Assembly (NCBI RefSeq): GCF_008831285.2
Contig: NC_045138.2
Coordinates: 6,138,001 to 6,202,000 of the forward strand
Length of the DNA stretch: 64,000 bases
Direction of reading: 5' to 3'
DNA from: Nymphaea colorata
Taxonomy: Eukaryota
Shown here in pieces: positions 1 to 13,646 of this stretch (within the stretch, counting starts at the first letter, position 1; each line of letters begins with the position of its first letter). The translations under genes were made by a program, and so were the position numbers. A model generated the notes under the pieces. That model was not told where the DNA came from and ran no database searches. It saw nothing but the letters and a program-made list of their open reading frames with translations.

Positions 1-1240
1 CCGAATCAGTGAATCGGCCGATTCATCAATTCAACTGGATCAATTATTAATTGGCCACATAATATTTGATTTGGCCCCAATTCAATTTGAATCAGCCAAT
101 TTAGCGCATGCTTTTCAATGCCTAGCAGCGTGCGAGCCAGAACGGCTAGCAGGGTCTCAAGTTTTGGACAATTAAATTTTACATTTTGAAATTTTAAAAA
201 ATATATCATTTTATCCCATATAAAACTTTTGAAAAATAGGAGTTGCCCCATCGAACCAAATTTCAAATATTTTATTTAATAAATTGCAGGATTACCCACC
301 CTTAAAAAGACAAAAAAATTCTGGCTCCATCCCTGATGCCAGGTGGCAGGGGCGGAAGGGGGGCACCTAGGCCATAGCCCCACCCTAATTAATTAAAAAA
401 AAAATGTGTTGGAAAAATTAAAAAAATTTAATTGTGTAATATATTTTTTAGATTCAAGTTTAGTTTGGTTTTATTCCGACAGTTTGGCTTCTCTCCTCCC
501 TACCAAGGTGGAGTTGTTCCTAAAAAACCCGCCTTTTTTTCAAAATTCAATTTCCCTTCTAGGGATTTATTCATATTACAACATATCTGCTCCCGTAATG
601 TAAACGTCAAAAAGAACACTTTAACTGACAGCTTATAGGTAAGTTGTACAGTATCAGAACCTGATTTTCATTCTTCTTCGGTTTATCTTTGAGCATCGAT
701 GTACAGTGATTCGAGCCAACTCACTTAAGAAGTAGAGTTAAAATTAGAGTTACAAACGAGTGGAACGCTACAAACGGGTGGAGTTCAAGTGACACAAGCT
801 TCATGCATTTAAACTCGACTCGCCTAGTCTCTTCTCTATTTGTTAATTTTCAAGGCGATGTTGGCATTCTTTTATGAATTTTAATACCCTTTTTGTGGTT
901 TTCTTTTTTATTTAAAGAAAATAATATATATGAATAGAGTGACACGAGCTTTACCAGGTCGAGATTGAACTCGCCTCATAAAGCTCGACTCGAGCTCCAG
1001 TCAAGCTCGATTCGGGCAATATATGACTTGGGTTGAGCTTTAGCTGGAGCTCGGCTTGCTCATTATAAATTCTCATGTTTGAGTCATCCATTCAACTTCA
1101 TTCCTGTGCCTGCTTTGTGCTTAGCTCACCAAATGACAAAATCAAAGGTGCTCTCATAAATTAATTTATGCTTTAATCAGGGAGTGAGATAGTTGGGAGA
1201 GGTGTTTTCCTGGTACAGTACTTGTCTTCTTCCTTCAAGT

Positions 1241-1248
1241 CTATAAAT
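1241..1248 (+). promoter_or_regulatory. Putative TATA box of the NRAMP gene
   Basis: CTATAAAT about 60 nt upstream of the ATG at 1301. Confidence 0.5.
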
Positions 1249-1300
1249 TCTTGTAGCTCTATGGTATCTGCAGCAGAAGAGGAGAAAGAATTCCCTTGAG

Positions 1301-1778
1301 ATGGCTGCCGATCAAGCGGGTAAAGAAGTGGTGGGGAAAGATCCTTCATGGAAAGGAAGCAATCGTATAGCTTCTTTAAATGATGTTGAACACCAACCAG
1401 CGTTTTGTGCTCCACATCATGATGATAAGCATGAACTCATGCATGAAAAAGAGGTAACATATCACATCGCCCTCATTCATGTGGACTGAATCAGTAGAGA
1501 ATGGCAGCAGGGATAATCCACTTGATTGATAATCTTTTCATTGTTACAAGAGTGATTGGAGTGCTTCTACTCAGTACTGCATGCTTTTCTTATTGTTAGA
1601 AACTAATGTGAATATGCATCTAACTATCATATAACTATCCTGAGTTTGCTGAATACAAGTCTATGAATAAAAGCAGAAGCCAGGATGGAAGAAGTTCATG
1701 GGGTACATAGGACCTGGCTTTCTTGTTTCCATGGCCTACCTTGACCCGGGAAACAGTAATCTCTCTCTCTCTTTTTCT

Positions 1779-1845
<67 letters not shown>

Positions 1846-3290
1846 ATGTATGGACATGCTGTTGATTCTTCTATTTTTTCCTTTCATATGAAAATGAACA
1901 GTGGAAACCGATTTACAGGCAGGAGCTAACCATAAATATGAGGTATGTTGAACCATGCTTCCCTGTCTTTCTCCACATCTAGATTGCCGTCATATTGTGG
2001 TTTAGACATGCCCTTTTAACTCTGGTGATATTGTTTGGTTAATAATGAAAAATCTATTGCAGCTCTTATGGATAGTCCTTATTGGGATGGTCTTTGCTTT
2101 CATTATTCAGTCACTCTCTGCAAAGTTGGGAGTTGCCACAGGTACTATCTTCTAGTATAGTGGAGAAGAATTAAAAAGTTAGTTTTCTCATCTTGTTTCT
2201 ATTTTATGTGAAGGGAAGCATCTATCTGAACACTGCAAGACTGAATATCCCAAGTATGTGAATTACTGCTTATGGTTGCTTGCTGAAATTGCTGTTATTG
2301 CTGCTGATATACCAGAAGGTACATAACAATTAAAAGGCGAACTAAGTTATAGTTTGTGTGGATATTAATCTGCAGATATCATAGTTATATGCTTGCTTTT
2401 ATCATTACCAGTTGTTGGAACGGCATTCGCTCTCAATATATTGTTTCACATACCAGTGTGGACAGGAGTTCTCATAACAGGCTTAAGCACTATGCTTCTT
2501 CTCGGCCTCCAAAAATACGGGGTAAAGTGAATAACTATAATCTGCCTCACCCTTTTATTTATCAACCTCCTCACAAAAAGTTGGATGAGCTCTCTCTTTC
2601 TCTCTCTGTGTTTTATTTTCTTGACTCTTCTGCCGCCATATTTTTTTAATGAGGATTGTGATGCTAGCTAGTTGTAATCAATTCCATCATATATATACTG
2701 TATACCAATTGGTTCTGGTGCTTTATGATCTTCAATGTTATTCAAATATCAACCACTTCTTTTCTCATCTAAAGCTCTTCACCGTTAGTTTTTAAATAAA
2801 ATCATTTCAGACATCATCATTGTAATTGATTCCATCATAGTATCATAAGAATTGGTATTGGTGGGATCATATATTTTATGATCTTCAATGTCATTCAAAC
2901 ACCAACCACTTTGTTTTCTCATTAAAAACTGTTCGCCCTTAGTTTTTAAATAAAATAATTTCAAACATCATCATCATCTCTCTCTCTCTCTCTCCCTCTC
3001 TATCTATCTCTCTTTCTGTGGGTTGATCTATTTGGTTACATGTGGGTGCAGGTGAGGAAGCTGGAAGCCCTGATAACGTTTCTGGTCTTCATAATGGCAG
3101 CCTGCTACTTTGCAGAGTTGGCGTACGTCAAGCCCAAGGCATCGGAAGTTCTTCAAGGGCTCTTCGTCCCTAAGTTGAAAGGAGACGGTGCCACTGGCGA
3201 TGCCATCGCCCTCTTGGGTGCTCTTATCATGCCGTGAGAACCTTTAGCTCTCTCCCTCCCCCTCTCTCTCTCTCTCTCTCTCTAAATTTG

Positions 3291-3336
<46 letters not shown>

Positions 3337-3837
3337 GGAATGAGATGGGGTGTTTTGGAGATTTAAAAAATTAGCCCTTTGGACTTTTAACTTTTTAGCT
3401 ATCGGTTTTTGTGCTTGTATGGGACTCTCTTTTTACCAGCCAAGGGTATTCTGGTAGGTACCTGTTAGCTAAACATTAAAATTCTGGGGTGTTTTGGAGA
3501 TTTAAAAAATTAGCCCTTTGGACTTTTAACTTTTTAGCTATCGGTTTTTGTGCTTGTATGGGACTCTCTTTTTACCAGCCAAGGGTATTCTGGCAGGTAC
3601 CTGGTAGCTAAACATTAAAATTCTGCCGCTAGCAGTAGCACCAATCATAGCTAAAATGCACCAACAACCAATATTACTGCTAGAGATTTACAAAGAGTCG
3701 TGCCAATTCGACCTCGTTTCGAACTTGCGGATATAAGGGCTGAACTAAAGCTTTAGTTCAAATTCAAGTTATAAACCAGTTGACCTCGAGTTACACGAGT
3801 TTCTGGAGCATGTATGTAGTTTTTGATGAATTCTAAT

Positions 3838-3888
<51 letters not shown>

Positions 3889-6800
3889 ATGTATGTATCA
3901 AGTGAGCTTAAACGAGTTGAGTTCGATCTGGTCTCAAAAATCTGGACTCAAGCTCGAGTCGAGCTGAGCAATGTGTGACTTTTGTTGTACATACATAATT
4001 GTTGTATCATAAACCATTACTAATGGTCAAGCAATAATTATTGTTCATTGACAGACTTTTAATTTTTAGTCCACTAACAAACATTATACAGTATGTAGAC
4101 ATACCCACGTAACACCCCCCACCACCCCACCAGACAAAATCACGCAAGAGTTGACATTGAGTGTCATTTTCAGGTTGAATTTGTATCCATTATTTTACTT
4201 CAACATGATTACGATTTGCTATTTTTTTCATAATAGTTCCGCTTATTGGCTATGTTTCAAATTGGTTTATCATTCTTTTTTCTGTTTTTTGAATTCATGC
4301 CTCACTTTTACTTGACTAGGGCAGGTCCATACCCTAGATTCGCTATGGTGACAAAGTCAAATATAACAAAGTGAGGATGATATAAAAAGAAAGGGAGGGA
4401 TGTGTTATAAGAGAACTAGAAAAAAAATTATATGAGTGTTTCGTTTCAAACAAACTACACAGGTGTTTTCTTTATATTAAAAATCTTACAAAAAAAAATC
4501 ATATTCTTCCGATCCATATATAAGATTTTAATGCAAAACTTCAACTAATTCCCACACCTTTCAACTGAAAAAAATCTCAAATTTACTTATAGAAAAAGGA
4601 TAACTTTTACATCCTTTGTTAGGCTTTTGAGGAACAAAATAACACAATATACCTCACTAGTTTCTTGAAAAATTGTTATAAATACTAAAATGTTAGGTTT
4701 TTCAACGGAAATACACATTATACACTGAAGGAGGAAATAATGAATCTGGAAAATAAGAAAAGAAAATGTTGAATTCAGAGAATGGCTAATAAAATGAGGA
4801 CTATTACGGAAAAAACTTTTTTTTCTTTAAAGCAAGTATAAACTCCTAAAATATTTCTTTTTTACTGGGTGAGCAATACGAGTATTTCATTCTACCACCC
4901 TACCATCCAACAAGAAGGTTGAAACCCCCGCTCTTTTCTTCGTCCCGTCAAGGTATAGGATCTGCTTTTAGTACCACAAGATAGATAAAATATTTCTCTC
5001 TTCCCTTTAGGTTGTGGACACTTAACTGAAAAGAATGATGCTTCATAATAAAGAGTTAACGGTGATTATGAACCCAACAGGGAAGACTAACTCCACCATG
5101 CATGCCAACCCTTTTTGGTTTAAACCAAAACAGAAGGGTCTTAAAGCTAGCGACAATATTATTGAGCTCAGCCATTATTAACAAGTGCCCATTATTGAAC
5201 TAGCTCAAAAAATTCAGTCCATTCAGCAAGAGAATTAGCCCAATTCAATAGTTGTTTGAGTTAATATTAACGACATAATTTACAAAACTGGGCTATTCAA
5301 TGAAGAGAAAGATATACTGAATTCTTTCAGATTGTCTAATATATATATGTGTATATATGGGAGACAATATGAAAGAATTCAACATATTGTCTTTCCTATA
5401 TATATATACACCTATGTCTAGTCACATCAATGATAAGTCAAGATCGGACTAATTCGATACACACTGATATCTGCATTAATTCGACCAGGGAACAACTTAT
5501 GTTACATCATCATGATTATTATATATAATCTGATAATTATCATGTCTTGTCCCGTGGTGGCCGGGATGGTGGAATGGGTCATGACTGCCAAGCATGTAGT
5601 CATGGTTCGAATTTGAGGGGCATTACTGCTTCTACAAACTGTGACATGCATGCAAGACCTCGAGCTATAAGGTATTAACCTTCGAGTTTTGTTACTGGGT
5701 TATGAACCTCGAGTTAATAAGGTATTAACGATACGGAGTTTTATTTGTTTCTCATAGTTGCCAAAGTCGGTTAGTTGACTCGCCAGTAGCCCCACTTGAC
5801 TCGGATTGTCCGTATACTGGGTCATGACCCAAGACTCGAGAGTCGCTCACAAATTGTTCACTTGACTCGGGTTGTCCATTTACTGAGTCATGAACCAAGA
5901 CTCGAGAATTGCTCCACTATAGCCAGACTTTTATTTCTTTCTTGTAGTTGGCAAACTCGGTGAGTTAACCGAGGTTGCCCCACTTGACTCGGGGTGTTTA
6001 TGTACTGGGTCATGAACCAAGAGTCAATAATTGCACCACTTGACTCGGGCTGTCTATATACTGGGTCGTGAACCAAGACCCGGGAATCACTTCACTTGGC
6101 TCGGGTTGTCCACAAACCAAGGCCCAGCTTATCCATAGCACCGAGATTTAAAAGAATCAGATCTGGATCATCAACTTGGCTCGGGATTGCTTGAGTCAGG
6201 CATAAGTGGGTTCGAGCCCGCTTGGGCCCGGCTAAGATTATCTTTAAACTTGCTTGAGAAAAAACATATCTACTTTTATATATATTATATTGCACCATGC
6301 ATTGATTTTCTCTTGAAATACAGGCACAACCTCTTTCTTCATTCAGCACTGGTTCTTTCAAGGAAGGTGCCGCAATCTGTACATGGAATCCAAGTATGTT
6401 TTTATAATTCATTGTGTGGCCTTAATTTGTTGTACTTGTGTGATCTTATTTTTCAGATTCCTCCAATGTCTCTGGCTCTCTCCAAATAAAAAAAAAAAAT
6501 CATCTTGTCTTTTCATTTTAATGCAAATTAGTCCAAGACTTTAATAATGTTTTTATTGTTATTATTAATGATAGCTAATATTATTGTTATTGATGTTGTT
6601 CAAAACCGTTTCTTCCTTTTGTGTTTTATCAAATTAATATTCATATGCATGTCAACTGATTGGATATATCCTTAACCATATTTGCTCTTTCGAATATTGA
6701 CATGTTTGGATTCAAGCATGAATAAAGAAAAGTCATATCCAAATCTGAATCCAAAATCTGATTTTACAATCTGAATCCAATCTGAATCTGATTTTTATGT

Positions 6801-9800
6801 TCATATCCAAATCCGAATTTTGAACCAAATTTTGTGAATATTCAAAATGCAATAGCATTGGATATAGAATATTTGTCTAAAAATAAATCCGATCTAAATC
6901 TGTATCTAAATCCAATCGGATATTTATATATATCTGAATATGATCGGATGTCATTTCTTAAATCTGAATCCAATCCAAGTTCTTAATCAGATATATATTT
7001 TTTTTTTCATATCTGATTTTTTCTACGTTTGATAACTTTTGAGGACCTTATAGTTGTTAAACGTAGACAATTTCAAGGGAAAGATTGGTTTGTCAAATTG
7101 TAAAAGGAGAGAAGGTACATGCTTATAAGTTGAGAATCATTATAAAACTAGAATGATACATTTGACTTATTATGCAGATATTAACCATCTAGCGGTACGC
7201 AAAGTTCCCATACATTCTAGGCGCCGATAGGATTGACCGTGATTAAGAGGGTGTTTGCATGTCACACCAATCAACGATTTAACCCTCAAAACAGCCCAAG
7301 TCATTGGATTTGTTGTCCTCCGGTGGAAAATGGGGTATTAGGAAGCAGGGATCAATACACGCCTTTAGACTCCCGATAAGGTCAGATATATATAATGCAC
7401 CAATTAAGGGGGAAAGGTGGGTGTTTGGGCCTCTGCACCCCTCCTATATGAGGGGCATTTTGGTCTTTAATTTGTTCAAAGCCTTTTCTTTATTTCCTGC
7501 CCCAAACATGTACTCCAGAGTTCAGGGGCCAAACATGTAACCTTCTCTCTCTTAATGAAGCTGAGTATAAGACCAAGTCGTCAAGTACCTTATCATCTAA
7601 TTACAACAAGTAATCTAATTACAACAAATAATTTGTTGATGAAAGGTTTATTTAGGGAGGATAAGGGGTTGGGTGGGGGCTTCAGCCTTTTTTTGGACCG
7701 TGGAAAACACTACCCACCAGAAAAGGTATACTTGGGAAGGGCAAATTTGTGCATCTGCCAAAACATTAAATGTCCCTCAGCACTCATTGTCAGTTAGACT
7801 TTCTTATAACAGGAACAATTCCCACTAAAAGGATAAAAAATTAGTGCCATATATAGTGGCAAATGTTTATCATTAAAACCAATGGGAAACACTGCTCACC
7901 AAGAAAGGTATATTTGGGAAGGGCAAATTTGTGCATCTGCCAAAACATCAAATGTCCCTCAACACTCATTGTCAGTTAGACTTTCTCATAACCTGCATGT
8001 TTTAACAGGAACAGTTCCCACTAAAAAGATAAAAAAATTAGTGCTATATATAGTGGCAAATGTTTATCATTAAAACCAATGTTCATAATCTATATCTATT
8101 TCAAGTTGTGATTTGACTTAAGTCATATGGGTATGGAGATTTTAGAAAAGTTGGGACCGGATACGGTACAAAATATATGTAAATGTATACATTATATATA
8201 ATAATAACCTACAATAATTCTCACAATTAAAGAAAAATGAGGGGAAAATACAGAATCTTGGTAGGAGGGAAGTAAAAAAGAAAAGAAATCAAAGAAAGAA
8301 AAAATTAAGTCCCAAAATATAATTTTAAAATTTTAAAATACAGTTTTACCCATGTACTAGTGTCCTAGTACCCCGCATACGGATACAAGTATATGAGAAG
8401 ATCACACGTACCCATGTGACTTAAGATTTGACATGTTGCACTATCTGCTTGAACTTGTTTTGGAGTACAAATACCAAAAAGTTTGAGGCAGCTAACACCT
8501 TACATGCACATTGTGTTTGCCTATAAAGCAGGAATTTCCAAAATTTCACAAATTGATGACTAACTATTCATTGAACAGAAAAGTGTGTGTCGCTTGTGTA
8601 TTATTGAAATAACACTTGATTGCATCAGGCAACAATCGGAGTACGTGATTTCACTTTGTTATTTTTCAATGGATTATACAGCTTCTACGTTTCCCATACA
8701 TTATGTCAAAACATGCATGGATGGGATTTCTCTTTCTTATGGGCAGTGTTCTATGCATATCTTTTTCACCAATCGAGTTCGAGCTGAACTAGGATGGGTC
8801 GGACTCAGATCAAGTTACATGAGTATGCTTGGCTCCAGCCTCATCGAAACTGAGTTGAGATCAAGTCTTACAGCTCAAAATTAACAAATCTCCAACTTGG
8901 CCTTGCTAATCTCAAGGCAAACTTCATGGACATGTCGTCGGCAAACTATTCAAAGGAAGTTTTTGTGGGTAAAAGAGATGTGCCTTTTCGCCCATGCCAG
9001 CTTGAGGTTTTAGAAAAAGGTCATAGACTTTCAACAGAAGAATAGAGAAAAATGCCTCATGAATGCTTGAAGAATCTGAAATGTTATTGTCCTACTAATG
9101 AAGAGACCTAAATAAACTCCAAAAGGAACTAGGAAGCCTGAAAAATCGCAAAAAACACAAGCTTTTAGAAATTGAGAACCTTAAAAAACCACAGGAAATG
9201 CAAATTAGTTGCCATCTCAGGAAAAAGCAAAAAAGAAAAACATATAGGAGAGAAAAACTGGGACAGCAGTGTGTGAAGGCGATACACCAATGTCCTGCAT
9301 GCATGTAGCATATTAATAAACCAACATGGTAACTTGTGAATTATATCAATGTCATATCAAGAAAAGGTATATATACACATAAGTATGGTTCACAATAGTA
9401 GCATTAACTACTTCATCTTTTGCTTCTATTACAACATTATCTGTGGGAGACTAATGTATCTTCATCTTCTTCTGTAGAGTGCATGCAAATACTTTTTCTT
9501 GGAAAGTGGGTTTGCCCTCTTTATAGCCTTCCTGATTAATCTGTCACTAGTAGCAGTATCTGGTAGCATATGCTCATCTGAGAACCTTTCAAAAGAAAAT
9601 TCAGAACACTGCAGTGATCTTACCCTCAACAATGCACATTTTCTGCTAAAGGTATAGTTCATTTTGCCAAGAAGGCTAAGTTCTTCCAATAGTAAAAGAG
9701 TGAAAACAGACTAGCTAATCTTTTATTTTCTTTTCCTGTTTGGTAGAATGTTCTAGGTAAATCAAGCTCTACAATATATGCTATTTCCTTGCTTGCTTCT

Positions 9801-11415
9801 GGTCAGAGTTCCACAATAACTGGCACATATGCAGGCCAATACATTATGCAGGTATAGCAAAAAAGAGTTGACAAGAACATGACATAAAGCTGCTAACATG
9901 AATAGGATTTGAGCTTATTGTAACTCATAAAATTTCCCTGCAGGGTTTCCTAGATATGAAAATGAAGAAGTGGTTACGGAATTTTGTCACTCGATGCATC
10001 GCAATCACTCCAAGCTTGGTGGTCTCCATTATTGGTGGACCTGCGGGTGCAGGAAAACTGATCATCGTCGCTTCGGTAACACATAAATTCTATAGCCTTT
10101 AACTAATAATCTGCATATTAATTTGAGTAATGGTACTCCCCTTTACTTCCTCCTCAATATGTTGTTATACTTACCATGGTTTCATATATTAGCTGTTTCA
10201 ACTGTAAACTAAATAGTGAAGCCCACAATGGTGATAAAAGAAATCAACCACGTCCTTGGTACTACTGTAATTACATAAAATAACTTAATCATACAGAAGT
10301 AAAAATATCAATCCTAACATGAAGTAAGCTAGTTGATTTTCCAAAGATTGCAAATGAAATCCTTTTTGAAAAAAAAAAGTGAGGCAATTAAGCTGTGCGA
10401 GAAGCTTTAAACGCTTTCAGGATGAATGTTTAGAATCCTTAAATATACCCTTAGGATGCCTCGTATGTGCAAAAGCATCACCTCATGAAAGGCTGCAACC
10501 CAATGTATTAGACAACAGCCCTTAAAATTTGCCGATATGTCATGTGTTACATCCATCGTCATCGAAAAATTGCTTTTTCATCTTTATTATTTTAGTTCTT
10601 ATAGTTGAATGTGCAGATGATCCTATCGTTTGAGCTCCCATTTTCTCTTATACCACTTCTCAAGTTTAGCAGCAGTGAGACAAAGATGGGCCCCCACAAA
10701 AATTCCATCTTTGTAAGTACTAGTCAGAAAATTCTTATTCAAGCATGCTATAACAACCATTCATATTGGCTTTTAGGAGTTGTTTGGCATAATTAGGAAT
10801 AAGGTGTGAAGGTTTCATGAATCAGCCCCAAAATTGGGGTAGATTCATGAAACGGTTGAACAAGTTTCCCATGAATCTACTCCAAATTTGAGGTGGATTC
10901 ATGGAACACTCACATGTTTTTCCTAATGCCAACAGCCCCTTATATGTCACTAACACTACGAATGACAACCAAATGAAGAAATAGAAAAAAAATGTAGAAA
11001 TGGAAGTTGAGATTCAAGTATTTATATTTAAGAGTAGTCAATTAGGTTAGTAACTTCTCTCATTTATTTTATGTTGCAGATTGTCATTGTCTCATGGATC
11101 CTAGGCCTTCTTATAATTGGAATAAATGTATATTACCTTAGCACCGGCTTTGTTAATTGGTTGCTTCACAATAACTTGCCCAAGGTTGGGAGTATCTTCA
11201 TCGGCATCATAGTGTTCCCTCTCATGGCAATGTATGTTGCAGCAGTGGTATACTTGACTATACGAAAGGACAGGGTAGTTACGTATGTAGATAGATCAAA
11301 AGTTGATCAGTTTGGGAACCATGCCCAATCAGATAAAGAGTTGCAAGCTAGTGAAGCTATGGATGATGAGGTTCCTTATAGAGAAGACCTTGCTGATATC
11401 CCATTCCCAGAGTAG
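1301..11415 (+). CDS. NRAMP5: NRAMP-family Mn/Fe/Cd transporter, NRAMP5/NRAMP1 clade; 13 exons
   Basis: Exons, all GT-AG and in frame: 1301-1453, 1677-1755, 1902-1942, 2063-2141, 2214-2318, 2412-2521, 3052-3233, 6324-6393, 9478-9651, 9747-9851, 9944-10075, 10617-10712, 11080-11415. Translation has [66 protein letters not shown] and C-terminal [10 protein letters not shown], as in rice NRAMP5-type proteins. Confidence 0.95.
1782..1842. repeat. (AT)n microsatellite in NRAMP intron 2
   Basis: Pure TA run; similar runs at about 3293-3332, 3846-3884, 13576-13641, 18491-18546, 25304-25338, 59469-59543 (compound AT/AGAT/AG) and 63941-63997. Confidence 0.95.
3346..3625. repeat. 139-bp tandem duplication in NRAMP intron 7
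   Basis: TGGGGTGTTTTGGAGATTTAAAAAATTAGCCC...AAACATTAAAATTC starts at 3346 and again at 3485; copies nearly identical. Confidence 0.9.
5548..5622 (+). mobile_element. tRNA-Gly(GCC)-like SINE head or tRNA pseudogene
   Basis: A-box-like TGGCCGGGATGG, B-box-like GGTTCGAAT, acceptor-type pairing TGTCCC/GGGGCA, anticodon arm CATG-ACTGCCAAG-CATG with GCC at 5587-5589; T-arm is broken. Confidence 0.55.
5754..6200. repeat. Array of ~55-60-bp degenerate repeats, probably subterminal repeats of a non-autonomous DNA transposon
   Basis: Core CACTTGACTCGGGTTGTC..TATACTGGGTCATGAACCAAGACTCG recurs at about 5791, 5859, 5981 and 6036, with partial copies near 6093 and 6173. Confidence 0.7.
7702..8082. repeat. 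~185-bp tandem duplication in NRAMP intron 8
   Basis: GGAAAACAC...GGGCAAATTTGTGCATCTGCCAAAACAT...TTTATCATTAAAACCAATG occurs twice (about 7702-7884 and 7885-8082). Confidence 0.85.
8118..8424. mobile_element. hAT-type MITE (CTATGTCACATGGG family)
   Basis: TIRs TTAAGTCATATGGGTA / TACCCATGTGACTTAA, perfect 8-bp TSD GATTTGAC. Confidence 0.8.
10776..10939. mobile_element. Tourist (PIF/Harbinger) MITE in NRAMP intron 12
   Basis: TIRs GGAGTTGTTTGGCAT / ATGCCAACAGCCCC, TTA TSD on both sides, internal inverted repeats. Confidence 0.8.
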
Positions 11416-11843
11416 ATGAAACTTCTCACTCACTTACTATCTCTCTCTTACAAGCCCCTCACCCTATGTATGCTCTTGTACACAACCATGGTTGTACCAC
11501 ACTTTGCTTTTTGAACTTTTTGCTCTTTTTCTCTCTCCTTACTCTTTAGGATAATAATTTGTTTAAGCCAAAAGTGTTCAATAGTTAAAGTTGGGAAATT
11601 AGAAATATGACAGGAGCTAAGTTTCTTTTGCCTTCATCTTTTCTAGCAGCTGTGGTTTGGGAATAATAATGCAATCCACCATGTATACGATGGCAAAAGG
11701 CCCAATATTTTAAATAGGAACAGGAACGATTATGTATCAACATGAAAAGTTTCTCCTTTTTCTAAAAATCCTATACACACGAGAAAACAAGCAAAACCAT
11801 ATATAGATATCTATAGTCACTCAACCATGATTTAAGATTATGC

Positions 11844-12282
11844 CATCTGGAAACATGAAACGAGGGTCCTTCATTTTTTGATGGAGGATTCTGATTTGAT
11901 CACTATTTTAAAGATATTTTTCGCTTTTTATTAATATTTATCTTTTGTGATCCTGGAAGAGGAGGAGAATTATCTTCTCTGCTGGCCGACGGCATCGGCC
12001 GGGAGGGGGAGAAGCCCTCTCCCCTTTCTCGAACTCTGACGGCACTGGTGCCGCCATCGGCTGGTGGGAGGAGTAGACACCCCTCCAACTTTCTCACATC
12101 AGAGGAAGGAGGAAAGTGGTTTTTCCTCCCTCCAGACACAGGGAGATTATTCTCTCCCCTCCTCCTTCCTTCTTTGTCTTCCCCACCTCCATTCCACAAT
12201 CCCCAAAAACTAAAAATAAGAAAGTACATGTGAGAGCCCTTCATCAAACTGACGATGAGCTTTCATTTGAGGTCTCCAGATG
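11844..12282. mobile_element. Non-autonomous TIR element
   Basis: Imperfect ~45-bp TIRs: CATCTGGAAACATGAAACG...TTTGATGGAGG versus CCTTCATCAAA...GGTCTCCAGATG; no clear TSD. Confidence 0.5.
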
Positions 12283-12292
12283 TCACAGCTCA

Positions 12293-12910
12293 ATGACTAT
12301 ATATAACAAATGTTTGTCAAATGACAGTTGATTAGGGCTGTCTGATCTAAAAATCGAATGGCTCTCAATTTGTCCCCTTCTTTTGTTTCTTAATTTTTTT
12401 TCCAGTTCTTCTCTCTCCCCGACCCCTCCCTCCCTCCCTTCCTTTCATAGCTCCCCCATCCCACCATTCCAACGGAGCCGTCGGTCTCTCTTCCCTAGCC
12501 TCCCTTTTAATCCTAATCGATGGGTGGAAAACTCCACCCATCTTTGCCGCCACCGTCCGACGTCTCACCGGCGGGCACGCCATGACTCAACTCTTAAAAA
12601 AGGGGAGGAAACTAAGGAGTCGGGGAAGGGAAGATCGACCGCCAGCGCCGCTCCCTAATGCCAGCAAGGCCGTTGGGCCTCCACTAACCCAACCGAAGCC
12701 TGGTGGGACTGCCGACATCGGGGGATGTCACCCGAGGCTGTCGGTGGTGGTGGATGTACTTGGGAAGGGAGGAAAAGAGCTGGGGAAAGGACAAAAGTTG
12801 AGAGAGGAAGGAGCCGGGAGAGAGAACGTCTGAAAAAAAAAAGGGGGCAGCTTAACAAAATCGGACGGCTCTGATAAGCTGTCCATTTGGGCAAACATTT
12901 TTACAGTCAT
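12293..12910. mobile_element. Non-autonomous TIR element with GC-rich interior
   Basis: ~55-bp TIRs ATGACT...AAATGTTTGTCAAATGACAGTTGATTAGGGCTGTCTGAT versus ATCGGACGGCTCTGATAAGCTGTCCATTTGGGCAAACATTTTTACAGTCAT. Confidence 0.65.
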
Positions 12911-13572
12911 GGTTCACTTCCTCTATAATATATATATTTGTTGATTAATACTTCACAAATTGCAAAGATCAACAACTAAAGAAAACATTACTGAAAAAAC
13001 ATACTGGGTAAACCATGTGTTTGGCTATGTGAAAACATGTTAGACAAGTTTGAAACAATCCAAAATGTTGATATATTTGAATGGAAACATTAAAAACACT
13101 ATACAATGAAATATATATATATAGTGAGTGAATGATGACTCTCTCTATGAGAATCACACAACAATATAACCAGAATCATTCATCTACTTTAGAGGATGAT
13201 TCAAAGGAAAACAATAAGAAAAAGGTGTGTGTTAATACTAGATGACAAAATACCCACCACCTTTTTGTCATTATTTCTATTAACCATTGAATGAAATGGT
13301 CATAGTTAAATGGCTGGGTAACTCAGAAAGACCAAATTCACAATTCAATTTAACTATATGTGTGTGTGCATTGAACAAATATAAAAACTATATAAATTAA
13401 TTGTGAGTCACTTGATTGCATATGATAAGTGCATGAAGTGCCATTCTTGGATTTTTTTTTTTTTATGAGGAAAACAACTAATTAAATAGACTTTCACAAG
13501 AAAGCCTTGCATGTGGTACTTTAGTCACCATTAACCAAATTCATTAAATGGCTTATATTTGCATATTTAGTG

Positions 13573-13646
<74 letters not shown>

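Noticed and set aside
1696..1956. YIYIYI-type ORFs (also 18398-18580 and 18967-19155)
   Set aside because: Artefacts of (AT)n microsatellites.
5754..6200. Regularly spaced repeats resembling a CRISPR array
   Set aside because: Eukaryotic intron, degenerate units without unique spacers, no cas genes; fits TE subterminal repeats.
3200..6340. NRAT1-type aluminium transporter identity for the NRAMP gene
   Set aside because: The metal-binding motifs DPGN and ALIMPHN are canonical, pointing to a Mn/Fe-type NRAMP.
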